Virus record (IMG/VR): IMGVR_UViG_3300033156_000724
DNA length: 20,000 bases
Origin: an uncultured virus (IMG/VR IMGVR_UViG_3300033156_000724)
Taxonomy: Duplodnaviria; Heunggongvirae; Uroviricota; Caudoviricetes
Strand: one strand, 5' to 3'
Part shown: one piece after another, positions 14,719 to 20,000 of the stretch
Numbering within the stretch: the first letter of the stretch is position 1
Layout of the letters: each line of letters begins with the position of its first letter
Translations under genes and position numbers: made by a program
The notes under the pieces: generated by a model
The model's input: only the letters and a program-made list of their open reading frames with translations
Database searches by the model: none
What the model was told of the DNA's origin: nothing

Positions 14719-15027
14719 ATGAAAGTAACATTGAAGTGCAATCTTCGTGGGAAATTACTCTGGAGGAAAGGAACAGTTTTTGAAGAACCATTTCCTCCAG
14801 AGATTGAAGAAGAATTAAAGGCTTGTATGGAAGGTAGGGTTGATACATTAATAATTGAGGAAACTGCTGCAAGTAGCCCTCTGGTCTTATTTAAAAAATT
14901 CGATAAACCGGAACTGGATATGGTTGTATATCAAAAAGAAGATATTCAATATGATTCAAATCCATGGTTTCTTCGTGAACCTGGCGCTCGAAAAAAACGT
15001 CAATTATTATTGAGGAGATTCCGATGA
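14719..15027 (+). CDS. Small hypothetical head-module protein
   Basis: GAGGAG SD; ATGA coupling to the next gene; basic C-terminus. Confidence 0.7.
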   Translation: MKVTLKCNLRGKLLWRKGTVFEEPFPPEIEEELKACMEGRVDTLIIEETAASSPLVLFKKFDKPELDMVVYQKEDIQYDSNPWFLREPGARKKRQLLLRRFR

Positions 15028-15452
15028 ACCAGGATGCGCTTGTTGCTTTGGTTGCTGCCGATAGTAGTATAGGTGATTATCTGGATTTAACCGAAATTGA
15101 GGAATGTTCAGATGATGCAATGGCTGATACTGGATGGTCATTCCCGCTATCTGGTACTTTCCAAGAATATTGGGCAAAGCAGCGAACAAAACGTCATTGT
15201 TTTTTTAGATTATGGACTGCAGCAGCGAGAAAGTTTAAAGTTGAACAAATTAATCTTGGAGATCGGTTTAAACATTATGGTTCAGTGATTAATTTAATGG
15301 ATCTTCAATTTTCGGCCATCATTGAAGAAAATCCGTCCGAGTTTACCAGTGTTGATACTTATAAAATGTTTGGCACAATTGCAAGACCTGGATTAAAGTA
15401 CGATATTGCAGGTAACGATATCACTGATTATACAGAGGTAATTGACGATTGA
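15024..15452 (+). CDS. Putative head-tail adaptor / head completion protein
   Basis: GAGGAG SD; small helical protein at the usual adaptor position (synteny only). Confidence 0.55.
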   Translation: MNQDALVALVAADSSIGDYLDLTEIEECSDDAMADTGWSFPLSGTFQEYWAKQRTKRHCFFRLWTAAARKFKVEQINLGDRFKHYGSVINLMDLQFSAIIEENPSEFTSVDTYKMFGTIARPGLKYDIAGNDITDYTEVIDD

Positions 15453-16054
15453 CACTTGCATCTGATATCAAAGAAATAATTGCTGAGATTGGAACATCCG
15501 TAACAATTATCAGGCCAACTGGCAACATTACGGGTGAATATCTGTATGGAAAAATAAACAAACAGGTTACGAAACCGTTTATTCGTGAATTTTTTATGGA
15601 AGCTTGGATGGCCAGTGATACTGCTATGGTATCAGGTGATACTATTCAGACTTCAGATGGTCGTATTTTTATAATCATGAATAAAACACCGAGCATGTTC
15701 GAAGATATTGTTTATCGATATGATTCGGTTGTTTATAAATGTAACGTCGTTGCTACTGTGCAGCGGCCAGTAGAGACTACCGAAAATTACACCGTTACAA
15801 CATCGTTCTCAACGATAACAGAGGATGTCAACATGTTAATAACTGAATCCTTGTACGGAAATGAGCTGGACACGGATGAGGAATTAGCATCTATAGGATT
15901 ATCTTCTGAAGATTGTTATGTTTCCAGTTCGGTTGGGATAGAGTATCTTGATCGCATCTGGATTTCTGAAACTGAGTATTATCAAGTTGAGGTTATTAAA
16001 AAAAGACGATTTGACGGTGTTGATTTAATTATCCTGGGTGAAGATACCAGGTAA
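15449..16054 (+). CDS. Putative head closure / neck protein (TTG start)
   Basis: GAGG SD, TTGA overlap; two beta-barrel-like halves (SGDTIQTSDGRIF..., YLDRIWISETEYYQV...) like stopper proteins. Confidence 0.55.
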   Translation: MTLASDIKEIIAEIGTSVTIIRPTGNITGEYLYGKINKQVTKPFIREFFMEAWMASDTAMVSGDTIQTSDGRIFIIMNKTPSMFEDIVYRYDSVVYKCNVVATVQRPVETTENYTVTTSFSTITEDVNMLITESLYGNELDTDEELASIGLSSEDCYVSSSVGIEYLDRIWISETEYYQVEVIKKRRFDGVDLIILGEDTR

Positions 16055-16116
16055 CCTTGAGAAGACTACCATCAGAGATAGAGTATCTTTGGTGCAATCA
16101 CTAGGAGTGAAAAAAA

Positions 16117-18183
16117 ATGAAGAAAGTTTTATTAGTGGGGATGAACCCTTTTGCTGCGTCCGGGACTTCTGCTATGATGCATGCAATTATTTTCAGCCTG
16201 GACATGGCGCGGTATTCAGTTACTTGTTTTTGCGTAGACCCACCAACCCTTGAGTGGGCATCTATGCTTTATAATCCTCTTCCGTTTTCAATAATTCCTG
16301 CCAATGATGGTCAATCATTTCAAAGTTCGCTTAGATTGTATCAGGTTATTATGCATGGCGATCATGACGCCGTTGTTTTTGTTGGCATTGATATTTGGGA
16401 ATATCTTGATGTATTTCGTAAATTAAGCGAGGTACGCGATAAACCATTTAAGGTAGCTGCAATATTTCCGTATGATCTTCAAGCTTACCGAGAAGATTGG
16501 GCATCATGGATTAATCTTATAGATGTCCCATGTGTGTATTCACGGTATGGGTACGATATATTGAGTGCATTTGTGCCTGAACTTCGATATTTCAGACCAC
16601 CATTAAAAAATTCAACTATATGGCATCCATCTAATAAACAAGAAAGATTAATGACCCGTAAAAAGTTGTTTCCGACTATTGGTTCTGAAGATTTGGTTTT
16701 TGGTTTTATAGGTCGTAATCAGAAACGTAAAGATCCTCTTGGACTTCTTACCGCTTTTGCTATTGCTCAAAAAAAATGCCCTAATCTTTATTTGTTTATG
16801 CATACTGATTTTAATGGAAGATACAATATAATCCAACATGTTAAAGATTGCGGAATACCACCGAAGTCAATTTTAAAGAAACCTGATACACATCAATATT
16901 TAGCAGAGTCAATGCCGAAACTGTATAATTCCCTCGATGCGCTTGTGAATTGCACAATACAAGAAGGATTATCATGGACACCGTTAGAGGCTATGCTTTG
17001 TGGTGTTCCAGTTATAGCGTCTGAATCCACTGCTCATATAGAATTGGTGAAAGATTCGGGTATGATGGTTCCGTGTAATTTGGATACAACTATCAGGGTT
17101 ATAACAGAAGGTGGGCCTGCAAATGTAAAGGCCAAGAAGTGCGATCCTGTTGATACTGCAAAGGCCATGATTATGATGGCCAAAGACAGCAAATTAAGAT
17201 CATATTGTTCTAAAAAAGGTCTTATAAAATCAAGAGCGTGGCTCAAGGCTGTAAGTGACCCGAATGCTCTTTTAGATGAGATGTGTAAAAAGGAACCAAT
17301 TGCGGTACGACAAAGTAAGAGGAATAGAGAAGTTTTATTCGTTCAACGGGGCTCTGCCGGTGATGTATTAATGACCACTAGGTGTTTCAAGGGTCTTAAA
17401 GAGCGTTATAAAAAACCATTGCACTATATGACATCACCTCAATACATGGATATCGTTGCTAATAACCCATACTTGGATATGGTTATTCCATGGAGTGAAA
17501 ATATGATGCATGGTTATATTATTGTCAATCCACATAAAGATAGAATCGGTCCTGGACATTGGGGGAGAAATTCAAATTCATTGTTGTCTGATTTTTATTG
17601 GAAAATCCTTGATATTGAACCAGATGAATTCTTCATAGATTTTAAAAAGCCGACGTTTTCTTGCCGGGAGGCATGTAAATCTGATAAACCAATATGTATT
17701 TTGCATACGACAGGCGGAGATCCTCATTTTCGTATTTATAAATTTATGAAAGATGTTCATGATGGTTTAAAAGAAAAATATCTTACCATTCAATTAGGAG
17801 GTAAGAATGATTATCCTGCTGGAGCTAATGTTGACTTTCGTGGCAGACTTACTTTTCGTGAAACTGCCTGGGTTATGCGCAAAGCTTCTATTGCCGTTAC
17901 TGTTGATAGCTTTATTTCTCATCTTTCTGGCGCTTTGGGTATTCCTCAAGTTTGTTTGTTTGGTTCTGGGAATTATAACGTGGTTCGGCCAAACCAAATT
18001 CAAGGGAAATTGATTTGTAGAACAATTGATTACGCTCGTCGATGTAAAGGATTGGGGCCGTGTTCTGCTGCTATAAGAGACTGCCCGGCAACATGCACAG
18101 GGATGCACGATCCAAAGGATATTCTGAGTGATGTGGAAGAATTAGACGATAATAATGATATTGTTGTAAAGATTTCAAAATAG
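16117..18183 (+). CDS. Bifunctional glycosyltransferase: N-terminal GT4, C-terminal GT9 (heptosyltransferase-like)
   Basis: GT4: FIGRNQKRKD and EGLSWTPLEAMLCGVPVIAS (E-x7-E). GT9 from ~17325: QRGSAGDVLMTT, VTVDSFISHLSGALGIPQVCLFG and a terminal Cys cluster. Confidence 0.9.
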   Translation: MKKVLLVGMNPFAASGTSAMMHAIIFSLDMARYSVTCFCVDPPTLEWASMLYNPLPFSIIPANDGQSFQSSLRLYQVIMHGDHDAVVFVGIDIWEYLDVFRKLSEVRDKPFKVAAIFPYDLQAYREDWASWINLIDVPCVYSRYGYDILSAFVPELRYFRPPLKNSTIWHPSNKQERLMTRKKLFPTIGSEDLVFGFIGRNQKRKDPLGLLTAFAIAQKKCPNLYLFMHTDFNGRYNIIQHVKDCGIPPKSILKKPDTHQYLAESMPKLYNSLDALVNCTIQEGLSWTPLEAMLCGVPVIASESTAHIELVKDSGMMVPCNLDTTIRVITEGGPANVKAKKCDPVDTAKAMIMMAKDSKLRSYCSKKGLIKSRAWLKAVSDPNALLDEMCKKEPIAVRQSKRNREVLFVQRGSAGDVLMTTRCFKGLKERYKKPLHYMTSPQYMDIVANNPYLDMVIPWSENMMHGYIIVNPHKDRIGPGHWGRNSNSLLSDFYWKILDIEPDEFFIDFKKPTFSCREACKSDKPICILHTTGGDPHFRIYKFMKDVHDGLKEKYLTIQLGGKNDYPAGANVDFRGRLTFRETAWVMRKASIAVTVDSFISHLSGALGIPQVCLFGSGNYNVVRPNQIQGKLICRTIDYARRCKGLGPCSAAIRDCPATCTGMHDPKDILSDVEELDDNNDIVVKISK

Positions 18184-18194
18184 AAGGGGGCAAA

Positions 18195-18929
18195 ATGAAA
18201 CCATTAGTTGTTGCATCTAATCTCTATAATGAGATTTCGCAATTAGATTGTGAAGATAGTTGGTATGACAATGTTAAACAAATTGCGGATGGTGGTATTT
18301 TAGTGGTAGATACTGGTAGCGATGATGGCACTATCGAATTTTTTAAGAGCAAACCTGATGTAGTATTAATAATTTCATCAATTATAATTGATGAAGGTTA
18401 TGGGCCAGCAAGAAACCATCTAAGAGCGATGGCCAGGAAGCATTTTCCGAAATCACACTGGCTTCTTTATTTGGATGGGGATGAACGAATAATGAAAGAG
18501 GATTTTCATAAACTCCGGTTTCTAAAAGAATATCTGAATGATGAGTATGATGTTATAGCTCTTCCAAGGCTTAATAGATTAAGTAAAAATACTACAAAAA
18601 CCAAGGTGGATTATCATATTAACCCGGATTATCAAGCGAGAATGACACGATTATCCTCTCCATTGCGATATGTTCGAAAGTTACATGAACAATTAACTGG
18701 TTATAATAAAGTCTTTGCTGAATTAACAAATCCAAAGATTCATCATTTTCATAGGAGTACTAGCGAGGATAAGCGTAACTATATTGGCAAGTTGTGCCAA
18801 AAACTGCAAGCAGAGGACACGGAGTGGGGCGAGACCTATATGGAGCATCATAAAAGTACATATTATAAAACGCTCCTAGAGAAAGAGGGTCTGCATTGTG
18901 AAAACAAGAGGTGCAAAGATGCTAAATAA
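18195..18929 (+). CDS. Glycosyltransferase family 2 (GT-A fold)
   Basis: LYNE, VVDTGSDDGT, GYGPARN, WLLYLDGDE (DxD) and LHE motifs. Confidence 0.9.
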   Translation: MKPLVVASNLYNEISQLDCEDSWYDNVKQIADGGILVVDTGSDDGTIEFFKSKPDVVLIISSIIIDEGYGPARNHLRAMARKHFPKSHWLLYLDGDERIMKEDFHKLRFLKEYLNDEYDVIALPRLNRLSKNTTKTKVDYHINPDYQARMTRLSSPLRYVRKLHEQLTGYNKVFAELTNPKIHHFHRSTSEDKRNYIGKLCQKLQAEDTEWGETYMEHHKSTYYKTLLEKEGLHCENKRCKDAK

Positions 18930-19854
18930 ATTTACGAGTACAGGGTTGAAAATTATTCATCATCCTGAAGTTATCAAGAAACTACAACAGTATGGCATGG
19001 GAACTCCGATCTCAGCGCAATTGGCGCCCACTGCAATGTGTAATTTGAGATGCAGTTTTTGCTCAAATGCAAAAAGAACACTTAATGAATATTTAGACCC
19101 CAAAGATGTTATGGAGATTTTAAGTGAGTTGAAACATTTAGGTTTGAAGACATTGGAAATTACAGGTGGCGGGGATCCCACAATGTATGGATATATTAAT
19201 GATATTATTGAATATGCTCACAAAATAGGCCTTCAGCAGGGGTTTATAACAAACGGGATTCTTCTTAAAAAGAGGGTTTCGCAGAAAAATATTGATAGAT
19301 TGTCATGGTTAAGAATATCTATGAATTGTCTTGATTATGTTGATGATATAGATATTCCGGATTTTAAAGGCACTCTTGGTTTTAGTTATGTCATGAATGA
19401 TAAAACTGCTGAATCAGATGTTTTATATCGACTTGATAATGCGGTGATCAAGTATAATCCTAAGTATGTACGGATTGTTCCTAATTGTCTTGCTACCCCT
19501 GAGCAACAAAAAATAAACAATAAAATATACAGCGAAAAAGTTGCGCGGTGGGGTAAACCTTATTTCTATCAAGTAAAAGAATTTAACCAGCCCGATCATT
19601 GTTATTGGTGTTATTTTAAGCCTTTTATCTTGCATGATGGATATGTATATCCATGCAGTTCTGTTGTTTTGAATAGTGGGGCTAGTGGCAAGTTTCACGA
19701 AAAGTATCGGTGGATTAAAATGTCTGAGTTTGCTGATGTTTATAAAAAGCCCATGGTACCGTTTTCAACGAAGGATTGTAATTGCTGTGTTTTTAAAAAT
19801 CAGAATGATTTGATTAATATGGTGCTTAACCCCGTAATGGGAAATTTTGTATAA
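18919..19854 (+). CDS. Radical SAM enzyme with C-terminal SPASM/twitch-like Cys motif
   Basis: CNLRCSFC (CxxxCxxC), ITGGGDP, ITNG, RISM; CYWC...DGYVYPC...CNCC; GAGG SD favours ATG 18919 over GTG 18898. Confidence 0.92.
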   Translation: MLNKFTSTGLKIIHHPEVIKKLQQYGMGTPISAQLAPTAMCNLRCSFCSNAKRTLNEYLDPKDVMEILSELKHLGLKTLEITGGGDPTMYGYINDIIEYAHKIGLQQGFITNGILLKKRVSQKNIDRLSWLRISMNCLDYVDDIDIPDFKGTLGFSYVMNDKTAESDVLYRLDNAVIKYNPKYVRIVPNCLATPEQQKINNKIYSEKVARWGKPYFYQVKEFNQPDHCYWCYFKPFILHDGYVYPCSSVVLNSGASGKFHEKYRWIKMSEFADVYKKPMVPFSTKDCNCCVFKNQNDLINMVLNPVMGNFV

Positions 19855-19891
19855 TATTAAATTATAAAGATATTTTGGATTTATAGAATTG

Positions 19892-20000
19892 ATGAAACTT
19901 CATATTGGAACAGGAAATACTTATCTCCCGGGTTGGGTTAATGTTGATATTTTCTCATTTGTAAAGGCTGATATTTATTCTAATGCAATGAATCTTCCTT
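19892..20000 (+). CDS. Class I SAM-dependent methyltransferase, N-terminal fragment (runs off the window)
   Basis: Manual translation MKLHIGTGNTYLPGWVNVDIFSFVKADIYSNAMNLP: motif I (KLHIGxG) plus GWxNxD, typical of glycan-cluster methyltransferases. Confidence 0.8.
   Translation, partial: MKLHIGTGNTYLPGWVNVDIFSFVKADIYSNAMNLP

Noticed and set aside
2549..19698. Minus-strand and alternate-frame ORFs of 60-130 aa in the ORF track
   Set aside because: Almost all lie within well-supported + strand genes and lack motifs or SDs; treated as shadow ORFs.
1..20000. tRNA/rRNA genes, integrase, transposase
   Set aside because: No cloverleaf, rRNA-like or recombinase signatures seen by eye.

Overview
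Packaging and head-morphogenesis region of a tailed dsDNA phage or prophage (Caudoviricetes, lambda-like head: S49 protease, decoration protein, gpE-type capsid). All credible genes are on the + strand. The window opens with a terminator, a 15-unit 12/13-bp tandem array bracketed by 27-bp direct repeats, and a C-rich tract. Then come terS, a small ORF, terL and portal. A ~5.5-kb accessory block follows: two signal-peptide proteins (one a fibre/adhesin-like gene split by a perfect 34-bp tandem duplication), a zincin-like ORF, a DUF1353-like ORF, and small membrane and lipoprotein genes. Next are the S49 protease with nested scaffold, head decoration protein, major capsid protein and four head-completion-type genes. 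Where tail genes would be expected there is a glycan-modification cluster (GT4-GT9 fusion, GT2, radical SAM, start of a SAM methyltransferase). The best candidate for an undescribed system is this late-operon glycosylation cluster together with a Thr-rich domain inserted into both capsid and decoration proteins (possible virion glycosylation). All functional calls come from motif recognition and gene order; no searches were run.
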